A DNA stretch of 44,863 nucleotides, from the NCBI GenBank assembly GCA_043822665.1, contig JBDRBM010000010.1:1-44863 (forward strand), given 5' to 3'. Both the position numbers and the translations under genes were made by a program. Shown piece by piece: positions 1-9,327 of this stretch. The notes beneath the pieces are model-generated. The model ran no database searches. It was not told the origin of the DNA and saw only the letters and a list, made by a program, of their open reading frames with translations. The stretch comes from Candidatus Omnitrophota bacterium (GTDB lineage Bacteria > Omnitrophota > Gorgyraeia > Gorgyraeales > Gorgyraeaceae). Position 1 is the first letter of the stretch, and each line of letters begins with the position of its first letter.

Positions 1-1949
1 ACGTCGTCAAAATAAGAAGATGAGCTTGCCCAGAGCCTCAGGACATCCGCGCCTTTTTTAGTAATGATCTCCTGCGGGGCTATGACATTACCCGCTGATT
101 TCGACATCTTCTTGCCTTCTCCGTCGACTACAAAGCCATGAGTAAGGACATTTTTAAACGGCGCGCTGTCTACGACGCCCATGCCTATAAGCAGGCTCGA
201 CTGAAACCAGCCCCTATGCTGGTCTGAACCTTCTAGATACAGATCTGCCGGAAAGGCGAGATTTTCTCTTATCTTTAAAACTCCCTGGTGACTTGCCCCT
301 GATTCAAACCACACATCCAGTATGTCTGTTTCTTTTTTAAATTCCTTCGAGCCGCACTTCGGGCATTTGAACCCGTCAGGCAGTAAGCTGGAAGGGCTTT
401 CAATAAACCACGCGTCAGAGCCTGACCTTCCGAAAAGCTCCTCTATCTTCTTCATGACTCTATCATCTATTATCTCGCAGTCACACGATAAGCAATACAC
501 AACAGGTATTGGCACACCCCAGTAACGCTGTCTTGAAAGGCACCAGTCAGGCCGTATCTCAATCATACTCGAGATGCGCTTCTGGCCTATCTCCGGCACC
601 CACCCTACCCTTTTTATCTCGTTGAGAGTTTTTGTTCTCAAGTTATTCCTGTCCACGCCCACAAACCACTGACGGGTCGCGCGGAACAGCAAAGGCTGAT
701 GACACCTCCAGCAATGCGGGTATGAGTGTTCTGTCTTTTCCGCAAGCAAAAGAGATCTTTTATCGCTCAGGATTTTCAGGACCAGCTCATTGGCGTCAAA
801 TACATTCTTACCAACAATGGGATCCGGGACTTCACAGTCCTTTGATTTTAAAAACCGCCCTTTGTCATCCACGGGCATTATAACCGGCAGGTTATATTTT
901 AAACCCACCTCGTAATCTTCCTGGCCATGACCCGGGGCTATATGCACGCAGCCTGTCCCGTCCTGGTTAGAGACATAGTCGGCCAGCACTACCTTTGAAT
1001 CACGCCCCAGGAATGGATGGCGCGTTACCATGCCTTCAAGCTCCTTACCTTTGATTTTTTTAATGACCTTGCCCCGCAGTTTTATTTTTTTCTGCAATGT
1101 CTCAAGCAGGTCTTCCGCTAATATCAGCTCCTCGCCCCCATCTGTCTTAAATATAATATAATTCAGGTCAGGGTGCACGGCAATAGCCACATTTGAAATC
1201 AATGTCCACGGCGTGGTGGTCCAGACTAAAAAGGCTGAAGGCTGCCCGCCAGAAGTAGCTGGCGAGGTCTCGCCATAGGCGGAACAGCTGGCAGATGAAG
1301 GCTTTAACGCGAACTTTACATATATAGACGGAGAAACATGATTCTCGTATTCCACCTCTGCCTCGGCCAATGCAGTTTCACATCTTGCGCACCAGTTTAT
1401 GGGTTTTAAACCGCGGTAGATAGAACCATTTTCTATCAGTTTATTAAAGCTTGCCACGACCTCTTTTTCATACACAGGGTCCAAGGTAAGATAAGGATGG
1501 TCCCAGTCCCCGAAGACGGCTAAACGCTTAAATTCTTCCTTTTGTATACCTACGAATTTCATTGCAAACCCATGAGCCAGTTTTCTGAATTTGACCTGGT
1601 CTACATCGTGTTTTGTCTTTTTCATTTCCTTAAATAGCTGATGTTCTATGGGCATGCCGTGGCAGTCCCATCCTGGTATATAAGGCGCGTCAAAACCACG
1701 CATTGTCTTGAATTTAATAACTATGTCTTTAAGGGTCTTATTAAGGGCGTGGCCTATGTGAATATTGCCGTTGGCGTACGGCGGCCCGTCGTGAAGTATG
1801 TATTTTGGCGCGAGCCTGCGCATTTCTCTTATTTTAGAATACACGCCTTCTCTTTCCCATTGCTCCAGGATGCAAGGTTCTTTATCCGGCAGGTTACCCT
1901 TCATTGGAAAATCAGTCTTAGGCAGATTCAAAGTCTTCTTATAATCCAT
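1..1949 (-). CDS. ileS: Isoleucine--tRNA ligase (runs off the left edge; absent from the ORF track)
   Basis: My translation from the ATG at 1949 gives [20 protein letters not shown]..., [15 protein letters not shown] (HIGH motif), [18 protein letters not shown] and GKKMSKS (KMSKS motif, near 100). Confidence 0.97.
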   Translation of the reverse strand, partial: MDYKKTLNLPKTDFPMKGNLPDKEPCILEQWEREGVYSKIREMRRLAPKYILHDGPPYANGNIHIGHALNKTLKDIVIKFKTMRGFDAPYIPGWDCHGMPIEHQLFKEMKKTKHDVDQVKFRKLAHGFAMKFVGIQKEEFKRLAVFGDWDHPYLTLDPVYEKEVVASFNKLIENGSIYRGLKPINWCARCETALAEAEVEYENHVSPSIYVKFALKPSSASCSAYGETSPATSGGQPSAFLVWTTTPWTLISNVAIAVHPDLNYIIFKTDGGEELILAEDLLETLQKKIKLRGKVIKKIKGKELEGMVTRHPFLGRDSKVVLADYVSNQDGTGCVHIAPGHGQEDYEVGLKYNLPVIMPVDDKGRFLKSKDCEVPDPIVGKNVFDANELVLKILSDKRSLLLAEKTEHSYPHCWRCHQPLLFRATRQWFVGVDRNNLRTKTLNEIKRVGWVPEIGQKRISSMIEIRPDWCLSRQRYWGVPIPVVYCLSCDCEIIDDRVMKKIEELFGRSGSDAWFIESPSSLLPDGFKCPKCGSKEFKKETDILDVWFESGASHQGVLKIRENLAFPADLYLEGSDQHRGWFQSSLLIGMGVVDSAPFKNVLTHGFVVDGEGKKMSKSAGNVIAPQEIITKKGADVLRLWASSSSYFDD

Positions 1950-1957
1950 ATTTTTTC

Positions 1958-2050
1958 AGCTTTAAGCTGTAAGCTTTAAGTCGTAAGCTTTCATTTTTTA
2001 AGAAAATTTTTTAGTTTTTGCTTATAGCTTAAGGCTTACAACTTATAGCT
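1958..2050. repeat. Imperfect inverted repeat built from 7-bp units
   Basis: Arm 1958-1988 (agctttaagctgtaagctttaagtcgtaagc) matches the reverse complement of 2020-2050 at 25/31 positions. TAAG recurs every 7 nt. Confidence 0.85.
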
Positions 2051-2908
2051 TTAATTAATGTATTTCCCTATTATTATGTCCAGTTTTTTCTTTATATCCG
2101 TCGGAATAAGTCTTTCATCAGTTATAATAGCGTATTTGAGGGCTTCTCTGCAGGCGCATTTTCTTTCGCTGCGCGCCAGCTCAGGAACAAACTGTTTTAT
2201 CAGCCTCTTCGCGGCTTCTACGTTTTTATTAAGGTTTCCTATTACCATATCGATAGTAACCGCCTCTTCGTGCCAACAGTCATAATCAGTTATAAACGCG
2301 ACTGTCACAAAGCATATCTCTGCCTCTCTGGCAAGTCTGGCCTCTGGCATATTTGTCATCCCTATTATATCCATACCCCAGCTTTTGTATAAAAGAGATT
2401 CAGCTTTTGTAGAAAAAGCAGGGCCTTCCATATTAAGATAAATACCTCTATCATGTATCGTAAGGCCCAAACTCTTTCCTGCCTCAAAGATTGTTTTTCT
2501 AAGATCATTGCATACTGGTTCCGCAAAACTTATATGCGCCGCAATGCCCTCTCCAAAAAAAGTAGTCTTGCGGGCCTGGTTAGTCCTGTCCACAAACTGA
2601 TCCGGCAGCACTATATCAAGGGGTTTCAGCTCTTTTTTAAAACTGCCTACGGCTGACATTGATACTATTTTTTCAACCCCTAATTTTTTCATCCCATAAA
2701 TATTTGCTCTGTAGTTAAGTTCCGAAGGCAATATCCTATGCCCCTTACCATGTCTTGGTAAAAATACAACTTCCGCGCCCTCAAGTTTACCGGTTATAAA
2801 ACTATCTGAAGGCCTTCCAAAAGGGGTATCCAGATTTACTTCTTTAAGGTCTTTTAGCCCCTCCATCTGATACAAACCACTCCCGCCTATAATCCCTATC
2901 TTTATCAT
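2051..2908 (-). CDS. mtnP: S-methyl-5'-thioadenosine phosphorylase
   Basis: IGIIGGSG, TPFGRPS, FLPRHG, NYRANI, EGPAFST, GMTNMPEA and TDYDCW motifs. Confidence 0.93.
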   Translation of the reverse strand: MIKIGIIGGSGLYQMEGLKDLKEVNLDTPFGRPSDSFITGKLEGAEVVFLPRHGKGHRILPSELNYRANIYGMKKLGVEKIVSMSAVGSFKKELKPLDIVLPDQFVDRTNQARKTTFFGEGIAAHISFAEPVCNDLRKTIFEAGKSLGLTIHDRGIYLNMEGPAFSTKAESLLYKSWGMDIIGMTNMPEARLAREAEICFVTVAFITDYDCWHEEAVTIDMVIGNLNKNVEAAKRLIKQFVPELARSERKCACREALKYAIITDERLIPTDIKKKLDIIIGKYIN

Positions 2909-3696
2909 CTTACTCCCCCTTTATCTATCATCCCCTTAAAGGAACGGGATTTGTCACAAGCTGCTTTGACTGCGCGCTCTATGATGCGCTGGAGCCCCAT
3001 GTTTTTGAATGTCTCCAACGCGGCCTCTGTAGTGCCGCCTTTTGAGGCAACCCTTTTTATAAAATCCCGCATTGATATATTTGAAAGCCTGGCTGATTCC
3101 GCGGCTCCGATAAAAGTGGCCAGCGCCAATTTCCTGGCAAGCCCTTCTTTTAACCCCGCTTTTATACCGGCTTTTTTCAATAATTCTGTAAATAAAAAAT
3201 AATACGCGGGGCCGCTGCCACTCACAGCTGTAACTGCATCCATAAGAGATTCTTTAATCTCTATTGCATCGCCTAATTTTCGAAAAATGCTGTGCGCTGC
3301 CGCAAGGTCTTTTCTGAGCGCAAACCTGCCTGCTGAAATCGCGGAAATGCCCCTGCCTACGAGGGCAGGCATATTTGGCATTACCCTGACTACCCGTGCC
3401 CTGCCTAGCGCATTCTCTATTAAAGATGTCTTAATGCCCGCGGCTATAGATATGACAAGCTGGCCTGTAATATAAGGTTTTATCTCTTTTAGGACTGCTG
3501 TAATATCTTTGGGTTTTACCGCGAGGATAACAACTCTTGAACGCCTCGATAGTTCAATATTATCCATTGTCGTCAATATCCGTCTATTTTTAAGGGCCTT
3601 CAATCTGGACATGGCCACGTCACTGACTATTGTCTTTTTATCGAGTCTCAACGCAATAGCCTTCCCCATGTTTCCTGCGCCGATTATACCTATCAT
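2905..3696 (-). CDS. proC: Pyrroline-5-carboxylate reductase
   Basis: IGAGNMG, LAVKP, SIAAG, RVMPN, TAVSGSGPAY and SKGGTT motifs. Confidence 0.96.
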   Translation of the reverse strand: MIGIIGAGNMGKAIALRLDKKTIVSDVAMSRLKALKNRRILTTMDNIELSRRSRVVILAVKPKDITAVLKEIKPYITGQLVISIAAGIKTSLIENALGRARVVRVMPNMPALVGRGISAISAGRFALRKDLAAAHSIFRKLGDAIEIKESLMDAVTAVSGSGPAYYFLFTELLKKAGIKAGLKEGLARKLALATFIGAAESARLSNISMRDFIKRVASKGGTTEAALETFKNMGLQRIIERAVKAACDKSRSFKGMIDKGGVR

Positions 3697-3702
3697 TAAC
3701 TA

Positions 3703-3743
3703 CCCCCTCACCCTAACCCTCTCCCCGATGGGGAGAGGGTCCC
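3703..3743. repeat. BoxC-like palindromic element (pyrimidine tail plus hairpin)
   Basis: CCCCCTCACCCTAACCCTCTCCCC-GAT-GGGGAGAGGGT fills the ftsA-proC gap. A sister copy is at 33125-33177. Confidence 0.8.
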
Positions 3744-5117
3744 TTAAAAATATTCCGAAAATATAGACTGGATTTTTGACAGCACTCTACCAGCAAAACT
3801 ATTTACATCAAAAATATTCCCGCGCTTTTTGTCACTTGCCTTGCACGCGCCGTATCTCATCAGGCCCAAGACAGCGGCAAAATTCACATCATGGAAATCC
3901 CCGGACTCGCGAATTCTGCCCATATTAACAGGGACCTTGAAGATCTCCTCAACTGCTTCTACAAAACCATCCATCTTTGATACTCCACCTAACACATAAA
4001 TACAGGGCAGTTTTTTCTTCTGCTTAAGAAACGGCATTATCTTTTTATAGACATCCCGCATTATTTCTTCGGCTTTTGGAAACAGGATATTTGAGATCTC
4101 CTGTTTTGAAACTGAATTAGCCTTTTCTGGCCTCATGAATGAAGAGGCCCCGGCGTCTGATAGTTCTGAATCTACCCAGTTTCCCTCCGATCTTTTGTGA
4201 CCAGGCTGAGCATCTTCGCTACCAGAGCCTGTTTCATCCTTTGACAACGGTATAAGTATCTGGCTGTCATCAAATAATTCGTGGCTGTTCTTTGTGATTA
4301 TGCCGTGTTTTATCCTTAATTCTTCTGCCTCTTTGAACATTATCTTTAAATTATCCTGCAGAGCTTGAGTCAAGTCATCGCTGCCAAAGGGGAGATAAAA
4401 ACAATCTTTCAATTTCGCGTCCATGAACAACGCTGCTTCAGTGAGATCCTTACCCACATCTATCAATATCGCTCCTTCTTCCAGCTCTTGACGATTAAAT
4501 ACAGCCAGCGCTGTGCCTACACCAGACGCTATAATATCTTCCACTTCATAACCGGCAAGATTAATAGCCTTGGTAAGATTCTGTAATATGCTGACCAAAG
4601 ACGTAACTATATTCAAATCTACATCAAGTTTTGAGCCAAAAAGACCTAATGGGTCATCTATCTCAATCTTATCGTCGATATAAAACTTCTCTGGTATTAA
4701 ATGAACTACCTCCCTATCCAGCGACATAGCAATAAGCCTAGCCGATTCAATACACCTTTTTATATCCTGTTCTCTAATCTCGCTCGGCCTGTCAGATATA
4801 TAGACAGAACCACGGCTTTTAAAATTCTTCATATACGCTCCCGCGATATTAGTTATAACCTTACGCACCCTGCAATGCGCGGCATCTTCTGCCCTGGATA
4901 TGGTTTCCTCTATGACATCGGACAGAAGACTGAGATTTGAAACAACTCCTTTCGAAAAGCCCTTTGTCGGAGATTCAGCAAAGCCCAGTATTTCACTCTG
5001 CGCATCCACCAAAAGGTTCTTTTTCTTTTTTTCTAACGAAGCTCCGGAAGTATGGCCTATTAAAGCCCTTATCGAAGACGCACCAATGTCAAGACCGCAA
5101 ATTATATCCGCGCGCAT
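3744..5117 (-). CDS. ftsA: Cell division protein FtsA (start moved to ATG 5117)
   Basis: GLDIGASSI, KGVVSN, PLGLFGSKL, LIDVG, AEELRIKHG and C-terminal amphipathic helix (VLSKIQSIFSEYF). Lies downstream of ftsQ, with AGGA upstream of 5117. Confidence 0.9.
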   Translation of the reverse strand: MRADIICGLDIGASSIRALIGHTSGASLEKKKKNLLVDAQSEILGFAESPTKGFSKGVVSNLSLLSDVIEETISRAEDAAHCRVRKVITNIAGAYMKNFKSRGSVYISDRPSEIREQDIKRCIESARLIAMSLDREVVHLIPEKFYIDDKIEIDDPLGLFGSKLDVDLNIVTSLVSILQNLTKAINLAGYEVEDIIASGVGTALAVFNRQELEEGAILIDVGKDLTEAALFMDAKLKDCFYLPFGSDDLTQALQDNLKIMFKEAEELRIKHGIITKNSHELFDDSQILIPLSKDETGSGSEDAQPGHKRSEGNWVDSELSDAGASSFMRPEKANSVSKQEISNILFPKAEEIMRDVYKKIMPFLKQKKKLPCIYVLGGVSKMDGFVEAVEEIFKVPVNMGRIRESGDFHDVNFAAVLGLMRYGACKASDKKRGNIFDVNSFAGRVLSKIQSIFSEYF

Positions 5118-5124
5118 AACATTC

Positions 5125-5955
5125 CTATTTCGGACCCATAATAGGGTCCTCGAAACGCAGGTCAATGTATTTAAAATTATTTATATCTGTATCTAACTGG
5201 CCTATTATTGTAGCCAGGGTATTGAGTCTCTCTCGAAAATCAGAATTGCCTATCTTTATCTCTACATTTATTGTATCCAGAGAAAATGTCAGGTTGCCTG
5301 GATCAGTTGTATCCGCGAGTTTTAATCTATATTCTTTCAGCTTATCATTGGCCGCTATCTCATTTATCAAATTAAGGGCGTTTTGAAGCTTCTGTTCTTC
5401 AAATTCAGTAAGCCTGGATCTTGAAATCTTAGCGAGATTTATGCCTATGCCTGTTATAATTGGCAGGTCAGGGCTGGGAAAATTAACCACGTCCGGGAGG
5501 AGCATGCCTTCTTTGTCTACAGGATAATATCTGTCTGAACGTATCTGCGCGACTGCCTTACGCAATATACCCTCTACCGCTAACATATTCGGCAAGACTC
5601 TCCTCACAACAACATCCTTAAGTTCCGAATGATTTGTCTCTATCTCGTTTTTTAAAGAACCGAGGTCAACAAAAAATATATTAGTACCTATTATATTTTC
5701 TTTGCTCAAATCTTTAAGATAAAGATTTCTTGGGCTTCCGTTTTCATCGTAGAGTTTTACGTCAATGCCCTGGATAAGAAAATAGTCAGAATCAACGAAC
5801 ATATATTTAAGCCTGACCAGCCCAAGGCCAATGGCGGTTAACATCATCACGCCGGCTAAAAACTTTAAAACAGTTTTCGGGCCCATGGGTTTTTTTCTTT
5901 GAAATATCGAGTTTTTATTTTTTACGCGGACTCTTTGCTTTTTTACTTTTACCAT
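5125..5955 (-). CDS. ftsQ: Cell division protein FtsQ/DivIB
   Basis: Basic N-terminus, one TM helix, POTRA-like segment (GTNIFFVDL...VRRVLPN), LPIITG and terminal YIDLRF. Positioned between ddl and ftsA. Confidence 0.9.
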   Translation of the reverse strand: MVKVKKQRVRVKNKNSIFQRKKPMGPKTVLKFLAGVMMLTAIGLGLVRLKYMFVDSDYFLIQGIDVKLYDENGSPRNLYLKDLSKENIIGTNIFFVDLGSLKNEIETNHSELKDVVVRRVLPNMLAVEGILRKAVAQIRSDRYYPVDKEGMLLPDVVNFPSPDLPIITGIGINLAKISRSRLTEFEEQKLQNALNLINEIAANDKLKEYRLKLADTTDPGNLTFSLDTINVEIKIGNSDFRERLNTLATIIGQLDTDINNFKYIDLRFEDPIMGPK

Positions 5956-6932
5956 GATACCGACTCCAATATCTTAAATACAAGTTGAATAAAGTTTATC
6001 CCGGCTGCTTGGGCGGCCTTCGGCAGCAGGCTTGTCTCTGTAAGACCAGGTATTGTGTTTACCTCTAGCACTGTAGGATTATTATATTTGCCCAGCACCA
6101 TATCAACGCGCGAAAAAAATCTCGCGCCAATCGCCTTGTGCGCCTCTAAAGCAATCTTCTGACAGGCCGCGTATGCCGCTGAATCTATATCAGCAGGCAC
6201 ATTGTACTCGGTCATGCCTTTTTCATATTTAGCCTCAAAATCAAAAAATCTTTTGAGCGGCATTATCTCAACAACTGGTAATGCCTTGTCTTCCAATATA
6301 CCTACAGTGACTTCGCGGCCTTCCGCATACTCTTCTATTATCACCTTATCACTATACTCCAAGGCTCTATTGAAAGCGTCAGTAAATTCCGCCTCTGATT
6401 CTATTATTGACAGGCCTATACTTGAACCTTCGTCTGAAGGCTTTATAACAAAAGGCAGGCCTAATTCTTTGATCAAGCTTGGCAGGGCCGAATCTTGCCA
6501 AGCTTTAATTTGACAAGGGTCAGCCTTGCCAAGCTGGTCGATCACCCTGTAGCGCGGAGTCGGAATATTATTTAATTCAAAAATAGCCTTTGATTTTACC
6601 TTGTCCATACCCAGCTTTGAGGCCTTTATCCTGCTTCCTGTATAAGGTATCTTCAAGCTTTCCAAGACTTCCTGGACACATCCGTCCTCTCCAAACTCGC
6701 CGTGAAGGGCTATAAATGCCAAATCTATATCAGATGAACGTATCGTCTCTGCAACATGGCCCCTATAGCCATTCATGGTAGAAGATTTTACCAATTCCAG
6801 CGGCACTGTCTTAATACCACTATCCTTTAAAGCCTTACAGACAGCTGTCCCAGACTTTATAGAGATATCGTGTTCACAGGACGGGCCGCCCATCAAAACA
6901 CCAACACGTTTCAATCTAACATCATAACTCAT
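5949..6932 (-). CDS. ddl: D-alanine--D-alanine ligase (start moved to ATG 6932)
   Basis: VLMGGPSCEHDISIKSG, ALHGEFGEDG, GSSIG, FDFEAKY and EVNTIPGLT. The ORF-track extension to 7010 only reads through a repeat. Confidence 0.95.
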   Translation of the reverse strand: MSYDVRLKRVGVLMGGPSCEHDISIKSGTAVCKALKDSGIKTVPLELVKSSTMNGYRGHVAETIRSSDIDLAFIALHGEFGEDGCVQEVLESLKIPYTGSRIKASKLGMDKVKSKAIFELNNIPTPRYRVIDQLGKADPCQIKAWQDSALPSLIKELGLPFVIKPSDEGSSIGLSIIESEAEFTDAFNRALEYSDKVIIEEYAEGREVTVGILEDKALPVVEIMPLKRFFDFEAKYEKGMTEYNVPADIDSAAYAACQKIALEAHKAIGARFFSRVDMVLGKYNNPTVLEVNTIPGLTETSLLPKAAQAAGINFIQLVFKILESVSW

Positions 6933-6948
6933 AGCTGTCCAAATTAGC

Positions 6949-7028
6949 GTCATTGCGAGGAGGCCGAAGGCCGACGAAGCAATCTTTATCGTCAGAGATT
7001 GCTTCGGCACTTCGTGCCTCGCAATGAC
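6949..7028. repeat. GTCATTGCGAG...CTCGCAATGAC palindromic element (80 bp, MITE/REP-like)
   Basis: 11-bp terminal inverted repeats, inner GAAGCAATCT/AGATTGCTTC pair, and two small hairpins. Partial relatives at 22667-22740 and 43826-43879. Confidence 0.85.
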
Positions 7029-7067
7029 ATCGTATGCAGTCCCTGATTATTCAATTTCCTGATACCC

Positions 7068-7952
7068 TCATAATACCTTAAGCTCCAACTCCAGGTTTAT
7101 CCCAAATTTCTCGTTTACCCGGCTTCTTACCTGTTCTATTAATTTTATTACATCATTTGAGGTTGCGTTTCCGGTATTCACAATAAAATTAGCGTGGGCA
7201 TTTGAAATCTCGGCCCCGCCTACTTTCGCGCCTTTAAGGCCGCATTCTTCTATCAACCTGCCGGCAGGCTTAGCGTTGGCAGGGTTCTTAAATACGCTTC
7301 CCGCTGACGGAAAACCAAGCATTTTAATCCACTCGCGTTTTTTCATAAAACATTTTACCCTGTTTTCTATTGCTGACTTATCTGCCTTATCCAGCTTCAG
7401 CCTGCCTGAAATTACGCATTTTCCATCAAGGCCTGACGCGCGATATTTAAACGCGATCTCATTTTTCTTCAGCGTAGCTTTTTCCTTAGTTTTTATGTCA
7501 AGGACGGCCGCGTCAAGCACTATATCTTTTGCTTCTCTCATTATTTCCGGATTGTCTACGTCGCGGGTTCCGGCATTCATAAATAACGCCCCGCCAAAAG
7601 AGCCTGGTATGCCTGCCAAAAACTCACAGCCTGTCAATCCCCACTCAGTAGTTCTCTCTACTAATAGAGAAAGGGGTAGGCCTGAGCCAACCTTCACAAC
7701 ATCCTCTCCCTCTTTCTCTATAAAATCAAAACCCTTGTTCAGATAGACCGCGACGCCGTCAAACCCTTGCGCTGCCGCCAGGACGTTAGAACCTCTGCCC
7801 ATTATGGCAAAGGCTTTTTTTCTGTCCTCTGCCATTGCGATAGATTCGAATAAATCACTGATATTTTCTGGTTCAATCCAACAGAAGACAGGGCCGCCTA
7901 TTCTTAATGTCGTATGACTCGATAATAGCTTGCCATATTCACATCTTAGCAT
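7068..7952 (-). CDS. murB: UDP-N-acetylmuramate dehydrogenase
   Basis: HTTLRIGG, GRGSNVL, GIPGSFGGALFMNAG, PSAGSVFKNP and HANFIVN. Confidence 0.95.
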   Translation of the reverse strand: MLRCEYGKLLSSHTTLRIGGPVFCWIEPENISDLFESIAMAEDRKKAFAIMGRGSNVLAAAQGFDGVAVYLNKGFDFIEKEGEDVVKVGSGLPLSLLVERTTEWGLTGCEFLAGIPGSFGGALFMNAGTRDVDNPEIMREAKDIVLDAAVLDIKTKEKATLKKNEIAFKYRASGLDGKCVISGRLKLDKADKSAIENRVKCFMKKREWIKMLGFPSAGSVFKNPANAKPAGRLIEECGLKGAKVGGAEISNAHANFIVNTGNATSNDVIKLIEQVRSRVNEKFGINLELELKVL

Positions 7953-9327
7953 TACCTGAATGCGCTCCTTTAAGGGCTTTTACTATCTTATCTGGCATTT
8001 CTCCAATATCTCCGGCGCCAAGTATAAACACCGCGTCTTTTGGCCGCACCACATCTACAAGATGCTTTATTATATCATCTTTTGACACAAAATGAACGTT
8101 TTTATGGCCGCACCTTCTGGTGTTCTCACATAGATCCAGCGCGCTCACGCCGTCTATAGGGTTTTCGTATGCTGAATAAATATCCGTGATTATAAGATAG
8201 TCAACAAGGTCAAAACATCTGCCGAACTGCTCCCTGAGATACTTAGTCCTCGAATATCTGTGAGGCTGAAATACAGCTATTATCCTTCTGTCTGAATTTT
8301 CCAGGATCTTAAGCGTCGCCTTTATTTCAGTAGGGTGATGCGCGTAATCATCTATTACAATGATATCCGAACCAATATTTGTAATCTTAAATCTTCGTTC
8401 CGCGCCTTTGAAATCCTTGATAACATCCTGTATCAGCGAGAAATCCACGCCCAGATCCATGGCAACCGCTATTGCCGCAAGGCTGTTCAGGATATTATGA
8501 AGGCCCATTATCGGCAGACTAACATTTCCCAGAGTTTTATTCCCAATAACAAGATCAAACCGAGAACCATTCAGGCCCATAAGCTCTATTTTTTCAGCCC
8601 TGACATCTGACCCGCGAGAAATTCCGTAGCGTGTGATTTTCTTCGGACTATTTCTTGTTATCTCTTCCAACAAACTATCGTCAGCGCATATAAACGCCCT
8701 GCCATCTTCTCTTGTATTCTCTATAAATTTTCTGTAGGACATCATGATCTCGTCCATAGTGGCATAATAATCCATGTGTTCCATGTCTATATTTGTGCTT
8801 ACACTATAAAACGGCTTAAGATGCAGAAAAGAGCCGTCTGATTCATCTGCCTCTGTTACTGCGATCTCACCCTGGCCAAAATGCGCATTACCGTCGAGAA
8901 AAGATACATCTGCTCCTATGAACACAGTTGGGTCCAGCCCTGATTTTATCAATAAATACGAGATGAGCGACGTAGTAGTCGTCTTACCATGGGCGCCTGA
9001 CACAGCTATAACCTTTTTATCTCCCATCAGCATGTTTAACGCCTCTATGCGCCTTACTATCTTTATACCTTTATCTTTTGCCTCTTTAAACTCAGGGTTT
9101 TCATCTCCTATGCAAGAGGAGTAAACAACATAATCTGAACCTTTTATATTTTCGGCGGCATGAAATTCATTTACGCGTATGCCAAGGGACTTTAACCTGT
9201 TTGTGACCTTTGTCTCTTTTATGTCAGAACCCTGAACAGAGTAGCCGCAGCGGTAAAATACCTCCGCGATACCGCTCATTCCAGCGCCGCCTATGCCTAT
9301 AAAATGAATCGTCTTTTTTTTATCCAC
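7939..9327 (-). CDS. murC: UDP-N-acetylmuramate--L-alanine ligase
   Basis: HFIGIGGAGMSGIA, GAHGKTTTT, EADESD, DDYAHHPTE and FQPHRYSRT. Confidence 0.97.
   Translation of the reverse strand: MDKKKTIHFIGIGGAGMSGIAEVFYRCGYSVQGSDIKETKVTNRLKSLGIRVNEFHAAENIKGSDYVVYSSCIGDENPEFKEAKDKGIKIVRRIEALNMLMGDKKVIAVSGAHGKTTTTSLISYLLIKSGLDPTVFIGADVSFLDGNAHFGQGEIAVTEADESDGSFLHLKPFYSVSTNIDMEHMDYYATMDEIMMSYRKFIENTREDGRAFICADDSLLEEITRNSPKKITRYGISRGSDVRAEKIELMGLNGSRFDLVIGNKTLGNVSLPIMGLHNILNSLAAIAVAMDLGVDFSLIQDVIKDFKGAERRFKITNIGSDIIVIDDYAHHPTEIKATLKILENSDRRIIAVFQPHRYSRTKYLREQFGRCFDLVDYLIITDIYSAYENPIDGVSALDLCENTRRCGHKNVHFVSKDDIIKHLVDVVRPKDAVFILGAGDIGEMPDKIVKALKGAHSGNAKM

Noticed and set aside
1950-2050. T-box riboswitch upstream of ileS
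   Set aside because: The gap is only 101 bp, has no T-box consensus, and is explained by the heptamer inverted repeat.
4125-4232. Repeat origin for the FtsA insertion
   Set aside because: Only two 6-bp inverted pairs are present, with no match to the repeat families in the window.
6933-7010. N-terminal extensions in the ORF track for ddl (also ftsA, ribF, nrnA, hisA)
   Set aside because: They read through a repeat or the upstream gene. Downstream starts fit the family N-termini better.
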